A program made the position numbers and the translations under genes. From Candidatus Omnitrophota bacterium (GTDB lineage: Bacteria > Omnitrophota > Gorgyraeia > B26-G9): 64,000 nt of DNA. The first letter of the stretch is position 1. Each line of letters starts with the position of its first letter. The stretch spans positions 18,022-82,021 of the forward strand of contig JBDRPX010000021.1 in NCBI GenBank assembly GCA_043826565.1, in the 5' to 3' direction. The notes under the pieces were generated by a model that saw only the letters and a list, made by a program, of their open reading frames with translations, had not been told where the DNA came from and ran no database searches. Shown one piece after another: positions 10,101-18,894 of the stretch.

Positions 10101-10667
10101 ATGAAAAGAATGTTTTGGGATAAAAATATATCTGAAAATGAAGTTAAACAAATTTTGAAAGATGATAAACAGGAAAGATTTGTTTATTTTGCGGCCATGT
10201 TGCTTTCCAGGGCCAATACTCCACAAATTGTGTTTGAAGAATTTTTAGAGAAAAAATGTTTTGTTAAATCATGGCAAAGGATTAAAAGAAAAATGCGGGA
10301 AAACAAGTGGAATGATAATCGTATTATTTTTTGGGATGCTATTTATAAAGTTTTAAAAGATAACCCAGAATATAAAAACATCAAATCACCCGGCAAGGGA
10401 AGGGAGATTGTTAGTAAAGAATTAGAAAAAATAGGGGGGCAGGTTAGAGCGATGAGAGCGGAGAAACGGATAACTCAACGCGCGCTGGCAATAGAGACAG
10501 GGGTATCGCAGCAAACAATATCGCTTATTGAAAGAGGGTATAGCAATATTTCTTTTTCAACTTTAGAAAAGATTGCAACGGCAGTTGGTTTAACAGTTAG
10601 CATAAGCGTATATCCTGCAGAAAAGATTTCTTTCCAGATGTTTGGTTCTGCCAATACGTCTTCATGA
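10101..10667 (+). CDS. XRE-family HTH protein with N-terminal FWD-motif domain (probable antitoxin/regulator)
   Basis: C-terminal Cro/C1 HTH (ITQRALAIETGVSQQTISLIERG). Co-oriented 20 bp after the AbiEii gene. Confidence 0.75.
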   Translation: MKRMFWDKNISENEVKQILKDDKQERFVYFAAMLLSRANTPQIVFEEFLEKKCFVKSWQRIKRKMRENKWNDNRIIFWDAIYKVLKDNPEYKNIKSPGKGREIVSKELEKIGGQVRAMRAEKRITQRALAIETGVSQQTISLIERGYSNISFSTLEKIATAVGLTVSISVYPAEKISFQMFGSANTSS

Positions 10668-10749
10668 TAATTCTTGTGTCCAAAAGGTGTAAAAACGCAA
10701 AACAACTTCCCCTTGAATTTCACCCCGCAACCTCGTATACTATACCTGT

Positions 10750-11334
10750 ATGAAAAAGATCGATTTTAAGAAAATAACTTATATACTCGTCGGCATTGGG
10801 ATTGTCATGATCATCGGCTGTGCGGTCATGCTGAAACTCTATCTGCGCTCCTACCGGGTGTTTAGAGATATTGACCTTGTGGCTACGGTCCAATGTATGG
10901 AAAAAATTAAAGGAAAGCCGGAACTTGATGTTGTATTTCACGGCGGGCAGTTGTCCGGGGAAAAACGCACTTATCCGTTTACTGCCGATGAATGGGTAAT
11001 TGACTGCCGGATCGTGAAATGGAATTTTTTCCTGGAACTGCTGGGCATGAAAAGGCGCTACCGCTTAGAAAGAATAAGCAGTAGGTACTTTGAGATAAAC
11101 GATGAAAAAAACCTGCCGCGCATTGTTTACGGAATATATTCTGAGCCGGATAAAGTATGGAAGTTCATCTATAAGAACAAAAAATTAATTCCCGGGATTG
11201 ACGCGGTTTACGGCAATAGCGCGTTTGTGCCGTTTGCCAAAGGAAAAATATTTAAAGTCTATATCACCAATACCGGCCTGATGATCAGAGACATCTCGGA
11301 GCAGATAAAAAGAGACTGGCGCTCAGTAGGATAA
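10750..11334 (+). CDS. Conserved hypothetical membrane-anchored protein
   Basis: 194-aa ORF with one N-terminal TM helix. Promoter-like TTGAAT-N17-TATACT upstream. Confidence 0.7.
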   Translation: MKKIDFKKITYILVGIGIVMIIGCAVMLKLYLRSYRVFRDIDLVATVQCMEKIKGKPELDVVFHGGQLSGEKRTYPFTADEWVIDCRIVKWNFFLELLGMKRRYRLERISSRYFEINDEKNLPRIVYGIYSEPDKVWKFIYKNKKLIPGIDAVYGNSAFVPFAKGKIFKVYITNTGLMIRDISEQIKRDWRSVG

Positions 11335-13552
11335 ACACACAAATCTTAATAACCGCGATTAGCAAGATCGTATTGATTATTCCTAAAATCGGGATAAGGA
11401 AGATCGAAACAAAAATCGCTCCGATAAAAGAGCCCAGCATATCCACAGCATAGAGTATGTTTTTATTTGAGTTTTCCAAATATATTTTATTCGCCAGAGG
11501 AAATTCAAAACCCACCATAAACCCCGCGAAAACAGACAGTATAAATAATATCGGAATAGTTAAGGGGATCGCACTGCTTACGCGAAGATATGTTTGTAAG
11601 CCGAGCAATGCCGGAATACAGGCCAGAGAAAAAACAATAAATAATCCTTCGACTTTAAGTAATAAGCTGGTTCGCATTTTTATTTTATCCAGCTGTTTGG
11701 TCATGAGCATGCCTCCGGAAGTGATCCCGATCATAAACGCGCTGATCAACAGCCCGATATATAAATATACATATCCGTAAAAAGTCTGCAGGCTCAGTAA
11801 AAAAATAAGATTAAGCGCTAAACCGGAAAATCCGCTGAACAGAACCATCAGGGGGATAGGCAAAGCGGGTTTCTTCTTTTTCCCGCGTGATATAAAAAAG
11901 ATAATTATTGTTACGAGCAGAATAAAAACAATTCCCTTGGCTAGGCTCCAGTTAGAAGCATTGGCAAATATTTTTTGGAAACCGGGGGTAAATAAAGCGC
12001 TCCATAAGCCTAATCCATAAAACACACCGATCGGCTCTAAGTCTTTATTTATGCGCGACGGTCTTTTTTCTAAAGAAGCATTGAACCATTGCTTTCGTTC
12101 CGGATTGAGACGTTCTTTAATATAAAAATCCGTAAACAAAGGGCTGTCGATAGAATATTTATTTAACTTAGCGGCGATTTGTTCAGGGCTAAGCAAGATG
12201 TTTTCTTCGGAGGCAAGAAGTATATTATAATAACCCGGGATCACTTCTGTATGGGGAAATACTGAGTTCATGGTGTTGATCGCGCAGTTATTAATATCGA
12301 TCTGTTCATTTGATAAATAACTTAAAGAACCAGGCAAGCTAAAACATATTAATCCGGCATTAGTTAGCTTTTGTTTGGCCAGGTTAAAAAACTCCTGGGT
12401 GTAAAACCGGTTTATTTGCAGAGTTGCCGGAGCCGGCAGGTTCATAATGATCACATCAAAAGTATTGTTGGTGTTTTTCAAAAATAAACGGCCGTCAACA
12501 TGGTGGATATGTAGCCGGGGGTCATTCAGCTCTTTTTCCGTAAGTTCGGTTTTGTATTTTTGGGCCATGCGGATAACTAAAGGATCGAGTTCCGCGTAAT
12601 GCACCTGTTCTACGGGAAATTTTAATATATTGCTGATAATTCCGCCTAAGCCTGAGCCTAAGACCAGGATATTTTTATGCGTCTGGGCAATTCCTAAAGG
12701 AAAATTAACAATATCCTGGGTGAAGACAATATCCGGGGTCGGGATGGTCATAAAAGACATTCCGTCATAATAAAATACATATTGTTCTTCCTGCTGGGTA
12801 ACCGCGATATTACCGTATATGGAATTGCGGTATTCAATAAGGTTAAAGCTTTTCCATTGTTCTCTGAGGGATTGTTTCTCAAGAGTATCGCTGAAGTTAA
12901 AATATCCCAGTAATAAAATAATTACTAAAGCCGGGAAAGCATAGCGATGAATTGTTTTTTTGCTTTTTAAGGTAAGTAAGGTATAAGCGCTGAGGATATT
13001 TATTCCGCTCATGAGAAAAGCGATGTTCATGGAATTAATATAGGGAATTAATAAAAAGGTTAAAATAATCCCGGCCAGGCCAAAACCTACTGCTTCTAAG
13101 AAATAACTTTTACCGATCGCTTGGGTCAGGGAAGTATTCTTAGTTTGTTTATATATCTGGCAGATCAGGGGAAACTGGCCGCCGAGTAAAAATCCTAAAG
13201 GCATCATTATTGCTAAAGAGCAGATTGCGATCGGCCATAAGCCGATTCCTTCTCCGGGAGACGCGGTAAGGATATTTTTTACAATCCGCGCTCCGTAAAT
13301 ACTTAGCGGAAATAATATGCCGGCACTGACCTGGGTCAGAGCATAGACAAGTTTGGGCGAGGACAGTTTTGAACTAAAGAGTCCGAATGTAAAACTGCCC
13401 GCGGCTTCTAATAGCAGCCAATTAGCCAGGATAACTCCGATGATCAGCTCATTACCGTAAAAGACGATTAAAAATTCCCGGATCAAGAGCACTTGTCCGA
13501 TACAGCAGGAAGCACCCATTAAAATTATAAGAAAAGTAATAAATTTAGACAT
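11285..13552 (-). CDS. Fused membrane domain / spermidine-synthase-like SAM-dependent protein
   Basis: Multi-TM N- and C-termini. Central ILVLGSGLGG, ELDP, DGRLFL, FDVIIMN and RFYTQEFF. ATG 13552 is the likely start. Confidence 0.8.
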   Translation of the reverse strand: MSKFITFLIILMGASCCIGQVLLIREFLIVFYGNELIIGVILANWLLLEAAGSFTFGLFSSKLSSPKLVYALTQVSAGILFPLSIYGARIVKNILTASPGEGIGLWPIAICSLAIMMPLGFLLGGQFPLICQIYKQTKNTSLTQAIGKSYFLEAVGFGLAGIILTFLLIPYINSMNIAFLMSGINILSAYTLLTLKSKKTIHRYAFPALVIILLLGYFNFSDTLEKQSLREQWKSFNLIEYRNSIYGNIAVTQQEEQYVFYYDGMSFMTIPTPDIVFTQDIVNFPLGIAQTHKNILVLGSGLGGIISNILKFPVEQVHYAELDPLVIRMAQKYKTELTEKELNDPRLHIHHVDGRLFLKNTNNTFDVIIMNLPAPATLQINRFYTQEFFNLAKQKLTNAGLICFSLPGSLSYLSNEQIDINNCAINTMNSVFPHTEVIPGYYNILLASEENILLSPEQIAAKLNKYSIDSPLFTDFYIKERLNPERKQWFNASLEKRPSRINKDLEPIGVFYGLGLWSALFTPGFQKIFANASNWSLAKGIVFILLVTIIIFFISRGKKKKPALPIPLMVLFSGFSGLALNLIFLLSLQTFYGYVYLYIGLLISAFMIGITSGGMLMTKQLDKIKMRTSLLLKVEGLFIVFSLACIPALLGLQTYLRVSSAIPLTIPILFILSVFAGFMVGFEFPLANKIYLENSNKNILYAVDMLGSFIGAIFVSIFLIPILGIINTILLIAVIKICVFILLSASLFLSAPRCL

Positions 13553-13609
13553 TATAGGAATTAGGTTGTTAGTTATTTCGATTATTATTAAAAAATATAT
13601 TTTGCCACT

Positions 13610-13715
13610 CGGGTACGATTTTTCTTGCGAACGCAAAAAATTGTCTAAAAATCGTCTCCCGGCCTTACGGGCTCGACGATTTTCTTACGCCTTTTTTTGC
13701 TAAAATCGTAACTCG
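13610..13715. repeat. Long imperfect nested inverted repeat (REP/MITE-like hairpin)
   Basis: Nested arm pairs TACGATTTT/AAAATCGTA, GCAAAAAA/TTTTTTGC, AAAATCGTC/GACGATTTT and CCCG/CGGG. Confidence 0.7.
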
Positions 13716-13860
13716 TTCTAAAATATATGTATTAACAATTACTAACAAATGTTAATATATTTTTGTTATATTGTATTGCTAATTTGCAATCTGGAATTTG
13801 CAATGTGCAATAATTAATTGTACAATCATAGTAACAAATCGGCAGGTCTATTGCAAATAA

Positions 13861-13939
13861 AACCCGCCATAAAGATTGGCGAGGTTCAATTCACCCAAAT
13901 CACTTATGTTCATGTCATTCCATAAGTGATGGGCTCATT
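13861..13939 (+). repeat. Dispersed two-hairpin pre-RBS element, copy A
   Basis: AACCCGCCA..TGGCGAGGTT followed by AATTCACCCAAATCACTTATG..CATAAGTGATGGGCTCATT, then SD AAGGAG. Confidence 0.8.
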
Positions 13940-13953
13940 GAAGGAGAAAGATC

Positions 13954-14274
13954 ATGGCAAATGCTTTAATGCGTATCTGGGCGGAACGGGATATTGATGA
14001 GGTAAAGAAACACCTTTTATTAGCCGGGGAACTGAGTGCTAATTGTGATAATTGTCAGGAATTGGGAATTAATTTTATGAAGGAAGCGGTGTGCCCGTCC
14101 TGCGGCACTGCTTTTAAATATATTGCTTTACGCAAGAAAGACAGCTTTCGGGAAACCCAGAATATGATCGCCCGCCTAAAAGAAAACCGGCCCGATTTAA
14201 CGATCCTTGATTATGAGGATATTAAACGAGCCTGCGCTAAATCAAAAGCGAATGATATTTTCAGGATGAAATAA
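13954..14274 (+). CDS. Hypothetical zinc-ribbon protein
   Basis: CDNC and CPSC pairs. Good SD. Confidence 0.8.
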   Translation: MANALMRIWAERDIDEVKKHLLLAGELSANCDNCQELGINFMKEAVCPSCGTAFKYIALRKKDSFRETQNMIARLKENRPDLTILDYEDIKRACAKSKANDIFRMK

Positions 14275-14323
14275 TCGGGTTCATTTACAGGATGTAAAAG
14301 CTTTGAACGGGATATTTTCGGTT
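14205..14323 (+). repeat. 119-bp direct repeat, copy 1
   Basis: Identical to 14871-14989 by manual alignment. Confidence 0.92.
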
Positions 14324-14355
14324 GAAAAATAGTGGAAAATTAGAAAGGGATAAAA

Positions 14356-14835
14356 ATGATAATAGATAATATACTTAATATTTCACCGTTTAGCTGGGTG
14401 GAGATAGGCAGCGCTTTAATTGCCGGGACAATCGTTGGGGTAGAAAGACAGATTTCCGGCAAACCTATTGGAATCAGGACAAGTATTCTGATTTGTTTAA
14501 GCACTTATATATTTACAACTTTCTGCAGTTTAACCACTCAGGCAACTCCGGATACCTCGCGGATAATCGGACAGATAATTACGGGAATAGGTTTTCTGGG
14601 AGCTGGAGTGATCCTTACGCGGGACGGAATTGTTTTAGGAGTGACTTCCGCGGCATGTATCTGGATATTAGCGGCCATAGGAATAACCATCGGATTAAAC
14701 TATCCTTTTACCGGCATCAAATTATCTTTATTAGCTGTTGTAATATTGACCGGTATTGATAATTTGGAAAAACGTATTCCGTTTTTAAGTAAAGGCGCAT
14801 ATCGTAAAAAAACTAAAGAAAGAAAAGAGCTATAA
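14356..14835 (+). CDS. MgtC/SapB family membrane protein
   Basis: Motifs GVERQ..GKPIGIRT, SRIIGQIITGIGFLGAGVI and GVTSAACIW. Confidence 0.92.
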   Translation: MIIDNILNISPFSWVEIGSALIAGTIVGVERQISGKPIGIRTSILICLSTYIFTTFCSLTTQATPDTSRIIGQIITGIGFLGAGVILTRDGIVLGVTSAACIWILAAIGITIGLNYPFTGIKLSLLAVVILTGIDNLEKRIPFLSKGAYRKKTKERKEL

Positions 14836-14870
14836 TAAATCACTAAAGAAAACAGGCTCAATTTAATTAC

Positions 14871-14989
14871 CCTTGATTATGAGGATATTAAACGAGCCTG
14901 CGCTAAATCAAAAGCGAATGATATTTTCAGGATGAAATAATCGGGTTCATTTACAGGATGTAAAAGCTTTGAACGGGATATTTTCGGTT
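14871..14989 (+). repeat. 119-bp direct repeat, copy 2 (duplicated 3' end of the 13954 gene plus a hairpin element)
   Basis: Identical to 14205-14323. Ends in the rpmB stop codon. Confidence 0.92.
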
Positions 14990-15215
14990 AAGCTTTGGTG
15001 ATTTTTCCTGAGCGGATACACGCGGTGCACACACCAGCTTTTTTCTTAGTTCCGTTAACGAGTATTCTAACGTTCTGAAGATTAGGTAGAAACCGACGTT
15101 TAGTTATCCCGGTAATCTTTATCCCTACTCCGCCTTTAGTTTTTGCTAAGCCGCGATGAGCATAAGACCTTCCAGCTACTGGTCCTTTTCCGCATATTTC
15201 ACAAATGTTTGCCAC
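14988..15215 (-). CDS. rpmB: 50S ribosomal protein L28
   Basis: [26 protein letters not shown] start with SD GGAGG. Confidence 0.95.
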   Translation of the reverse strand: MANICEICGKGPVAGRSYAHRGLAKTKGGVGIKITGITKRRFLPNLQNVRILVNGTKKKAGVCTACIRSGKITKA

Positions 15216-15549
15216 TTTGTACCTCCGGTTATTGTCTTCATATAAGTTATCACAAATTTATATCATAAATGCATATCTTTGTCAATGCTTTTGGACGCAT
15301 TATTTTCTTACAACAATCGCCGGATCAGGCTGCTTTTTAGGCACAAGCGCGGCATAATTAAAATAAATTTTCTTATCTCATTGTTCTTAAAGGTGTTATG
15401 AGAATTGCAGTCTTTTTGAAATACTTTAAAAAAATGCGTCAAAAAGTTGAAAAAAAGCAAAATGTGTGGTATACTTTACTACCTTTGCTTAACTTTTACT
15501 TAACTTATTTTAAATCTTATAGTTATAGCACAATTCCACGGAGGTAATA

Positions 15550-18500
15550 ATGTCACAGAAAAAGGCGGGTTTCCAACGAGTATTTAAAAACTTTTTTGTT
15601 ATTTGCCTTATCAATTCCGTATCTTTACTTAGTATATTACCTACGTATGCTCTGGTTACAGACTCAGACAATAGATCTTCCCAAACTCCTACTCTTTCCC
15701 CGCGGGTTAATCTTGATACCGCAAAAATTCAAGGGTTATTTATGAGACCGATGGATTTTTCCGCGGCCGGAATCAATTATTATATGAGTATCCCGGAGCA
15801 GATGTTTACTTTTAGCGGCCAAGCAGTGGGAACCGGTTTAGCTGATGAGCTTACCTTGTTAAACGGACAGAAGCCGGAAGATGTTATTAAGCATATCCTG
15901 CAAAACCCGGGATTATACGATCAGATAGCGCCGATTATTCTAGCGCAGGACCGGATGACGAATAACTCCGGGTATCATATTGACCGCAGATGGGCGGAAG
16001 TTTTTAAGCATGAAGCCCTAAGAAGGGCAGCTAACCGGTTAAGGGGCCGGGATATTATTTTTCTGCAAATGGAATATGAATTATCCGCGGAATTTTTGCA
16101 AAAGTTTGAGAAGCATCTTATGGAAATGTATTGCTGTACTCAGGAGGAAGCAAGATACGCGGTTGGGCAATTCGCAAAACTTCAGATGGCCGGAGGATTA
16201 GGCAGTTTTAAACCGGACTTTGTCGGCGGTTTTTTTGATGATTTAAAAAAATTCTGGGGTGAAATTGAAGCGCGGGAACGTTTACATGTCATGGGAATTC
16301 TTTATGCCAAAGCGATTAAAGGAGAGGGAGATTTAATTAATGATCGGCGGCTTGATCCGGTCAAAGAGAAGATTGAAATAGTTCGTAATGAAAAGGCAAA
16401 AGCGGCAATTGTTAAAGAGCTTACGGAATTAATAAACAATCATGCGATAGATGGAGTCGTCGATGACGCTCTGGGCAAATTGATTTCAAATTTACGGCAG
16501 ATTTTAAGAGAAGGCGATGGAAAAATTCCGGAAAAGCTGGAAGCCCTTTTGGAAAAATCAAAAAATCATTCCGGAAATAAGAATGTAGAAGATGTCATAT
16601 TGCAGGTTAAGCAGATAATGTCTACTTATGGCCGACGGGCAGAGGGTGTGCATGAACTTGTGGGCGCGGCTATTGATTCCTTAGAAGAGATTGCCCGGTA
16701 TGACGTACCTGTAGATGCGGAGGGGTTGGATACTGTTACGGTGGTAATGTATAAAAATCCCTGGTCTGATTTAAATGAATATTGGATGTATTGCCCGGAA
16801 GTTTTTCAGGAAGCTTATCCCGGAAATAGTGATGATCACTTTAGAGCAGTGCAGACTTATGTTTATCGCGATGTATGTATGCAGCATGCGGCTTTTCTTT
16901 CGGAGAAAAAGGCGATTGGAGATCATGTGATCTTATCCAGCAGTGAGACAAGTACGGCTTTGGCAAATCCGTTTATTGCTAATCCTGATTCAGAAAAATA
17001 CGGTAAAAATGAAGGCGGTATGCGCCGGAGAATTTTGCAGATGCTGGCGAGAAAAGTTGATCTGATCCATTTATATAATCATACGATTGTTCCGGCGGGA
17101 TTAAACAAACCGCCGGCAAATATGTTTGAAGTTGCCAGGATCGCGTCTAAGTTTGGATTTGTTGTGCGCAAAGAAAATGATAAATGGGTTCTTGATCTGC
17201 GGACCTTAGGCGGAGAAACCGTTGATCTGATCACCGGGTGTTCCGACGCGCATACAGATATTTGCGCGGAGCAAGATGATTTGTATGCCCGGTTCTCATC
17301 ACAGGTTAAACGGGATTATTTATTCGGAAACAGTGAAGGGTCTGATGTTGAGCGCTGGCAGGGAGAGGATATTAAACGGGTTATTAATAAGTATACAACA
17401 CTTTTGATCCGTAAAGGTGATCTTGATGTAAAGGTTTTACAGGAAAGAATCAGCCCGTATCCGGAATTATTTTTGGCTTTAGATAAGCCGGAGAATAAAA
17501 AACTTAAAGCCCGGCTTATTCAGGAACTTGTTCAGGCCAAACGAATACAAAAACAGCGTTTTATTGATGAGCTGAATAAAGGTACATTTTTTATGGATCC
17601 AAAATCTGAATTAGCAAATATCCAGGGGGATATGAGTATAACTATTGACGGGAAAAAAGTCGCGCTTATTGACCGTCCGTTTATTACTTTTGTCCGTAGG
17701 ATGGTTGAATATAAGTGCAGTAATGATGTTTTGGATGCTATAGGTGCTCCGTCTGCAGACAAAGACCTAAGCCCGGAAGAATATCAAAAGATGCTGGATG
17801 GGGTTTTGGATAATTTGGAGATGCAGGAAAACCGGGACAAGATTAAAAAAAGCGGCGCGGTATTTTTTATCGGCGGCAGAAAATTCAGTGATTTTTCCGA
17901 ACAGCAATATTTAAGGATCCAGGAATTAATTAAACGTGACCCGGAAATGAAAAAACATATAATTTTTATTTCCAACCATAATATCCATACCTCCCATTTT
18001 ATCCAGCAGGGAACGGATTTCGGCGGAATGTTAGCCTGGGAGGGGATGGAAGCCGGCCCGACCAGTCCCAGCAATGCCGGAGAAAATTTCTCGGCAAAAT
18101 TCGGGGTGCAGGATGGAGATAATAAAGAACGTCTGATTCCGGTGGAAAAAGATGCAAAAGGAAAAGTTATCCGGGGTACGGGATATCATGTTAAATACGG
18201 TAATGAATATGCTCAAGAAGGCCAGGCCCAGCGCAGGAAACCGGATCACGCGTCTTTTCTCGAGCAATTAGAAGCCGCTTGTAATGATTATTTTACTGAT
18301 AACGGGCGCGCGTATCATATGGTCGCGTTTAATAATTTATGGCTGGAGATGACCCAGGGAGATATCCGGAATCAGGCTGCCGGAGAAATAATGTTATTTG
18401 ACGCGGCGATACAGCGCAAACAGCAGGAACAGCTAGAAATTGATACCGCAATTGATGCGTTTGTTGATTCAGGCCCGATAGAGCTGAGCAAAGAACAAAT

Positions 18501-18894
18501 CAAGACTATTCTTAAAGGCCGCAAAGATGTAAAAGCTTTTAAGTTTAATCTGGGAAGTAAACATGAGCCCAAAGATTCCGGGCTGGTTGCGTTTTTACTG
18601 GCTTATAAACAAAATACTAATGAAGCAAAACTCTATGTTAACGGCCATGATTTTACTAATTATATGCAGGCTTTGCTTGAGAGTATGGGAAATACTCAGC
18701 CGCTTATTGATCTTTTGCATAAAGTTGCCGAACTACCGATTACTCCGTATCAGCGGCAGACAAAATATATTTATATTTTCGGATTACTGATTAACAGGTT
18801 AGCGGAATTAGAAGATACCGCGCCTACAGCTGCGGAATTAGGAGTATCAGTCCAAAAAGTAGCGTATCAGGCAGTGGTTGAACACTCTATTTAG
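15550..18894 (+). CDS. Large, putatively exported, divergent alpha-glucan phosphorylase-like (GT35 fold) protein
   Basis: Signal-peptide-like N-terminus. Motifs FLQMEY, AGGLG, HTIVPAG, FVRRMVEYK, EAGPTS and QDG occur in phosphorylase order. Confidence 0.6.
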   Translation: MSQKKAGFQRVFKNFFVICLINSVSLLSILPTYALVTDSDNRSSQTPTLSPRVNLDTAKIQGLFMRPMDFSAAGINYYMSIPEQMFTFSGQAVGTGLADELTLLNGQKPEDVIKHILQNPGLYDQIAPIILAQDRMTNNSGYHIDRRWAEVFKHEALRRAANRLRGRDIIFLQMEYELSAEFLQKFEKHLMEMYCCTQEEARYAVGQFAKLQMAGGLGSFKPDFVGGFFDDLKKFWGEIEARERLHVMGILYAKAIKGEGDLINDRRLDPVKEKIEIVRNEKAKAAIVKELTELINNHAIDGVVDDALGKLISNLRQILREGDGKIPEKLEALLEKSKNHSGNKNVEDVILQVKQIMSTYGRRAEGVHELVGAAIDSLEEIARYDVPVDAEGLDTVTVVMYKNPWSDLNEYWMYCPEVFQEAYPGNSDDHFRAVQTYVYRDVCMQHAAFLSEKKAIGDHVILSSSETSTALANPFIANPDSEKYGKNEGGMRRRILQMLARKVDLIHLYNHTIVPAGLNKPPANMFEVARIASKFGFVVRKENDKWVLDLRTLGGETVDLITGCSDAHTDICAEQDDLYARFSSQVKRDYLFGNSEGSDVERWQGEDIKRVINKYTTLLIRKGDLDVKVLQERISPYPELFLALDKPENKKLKARLIQELVQAKRIQKQRFIDELNKGTFFMDPKSELANIQGDMSITIDGKKVALIDRPFITFVRRMVEYKCSNDVLDAIGAPSADKDLSPEEYQKMLDGVLDNLEMQENRDKIKKSGAVFFIGGRKFSDFSEQQYLRIQELIKRDPEMKKHIIFISNHNIHTSHFIQQGTDFGGMLAWEGMEAGPTSPSNAGENFSAKFGVQDGDNKERLIPVEKDAKGKVIRGTGYHVKYGNEYAQEGQAQRRKPDHASFLEQLEAACNDYFTDNGRAYHMVAFNNLWLEMTQGDIRNQAAGEIMLFDAAIQRKQQEQLEIDTAIDAFVDSGPIELSKEQIKTILKGRKDVKAFKFNLGSKHEPKDSGLVAFLLAYKQNTNEAKLYVNGHDFTNYMQALLESMGNTQPLIDLLHKVAELPITPYQRQTKYIYIFGLLINRLAELEDTAPTAAELGVSVQKVAYQAVVEHSI

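Noticed and set aside
13888-13939. SECIS or K-turn reading of the pre-RBS element (minus strand AUGA..GA)
   Set aside because: It is antisense to the adjacent genes, has no associated in-frame TGA selenoprotein, and lacks a 3-nt K-turn bulge.
14205-14989. Integron cassette (repeats end at GTT; second reads GTTAAGC)
   Set aside because: No matching RYYYAAC inverse core or attC-wide symmetry and no integrase. The repeat includes coding sequence, and TTA is the rpmB stop.
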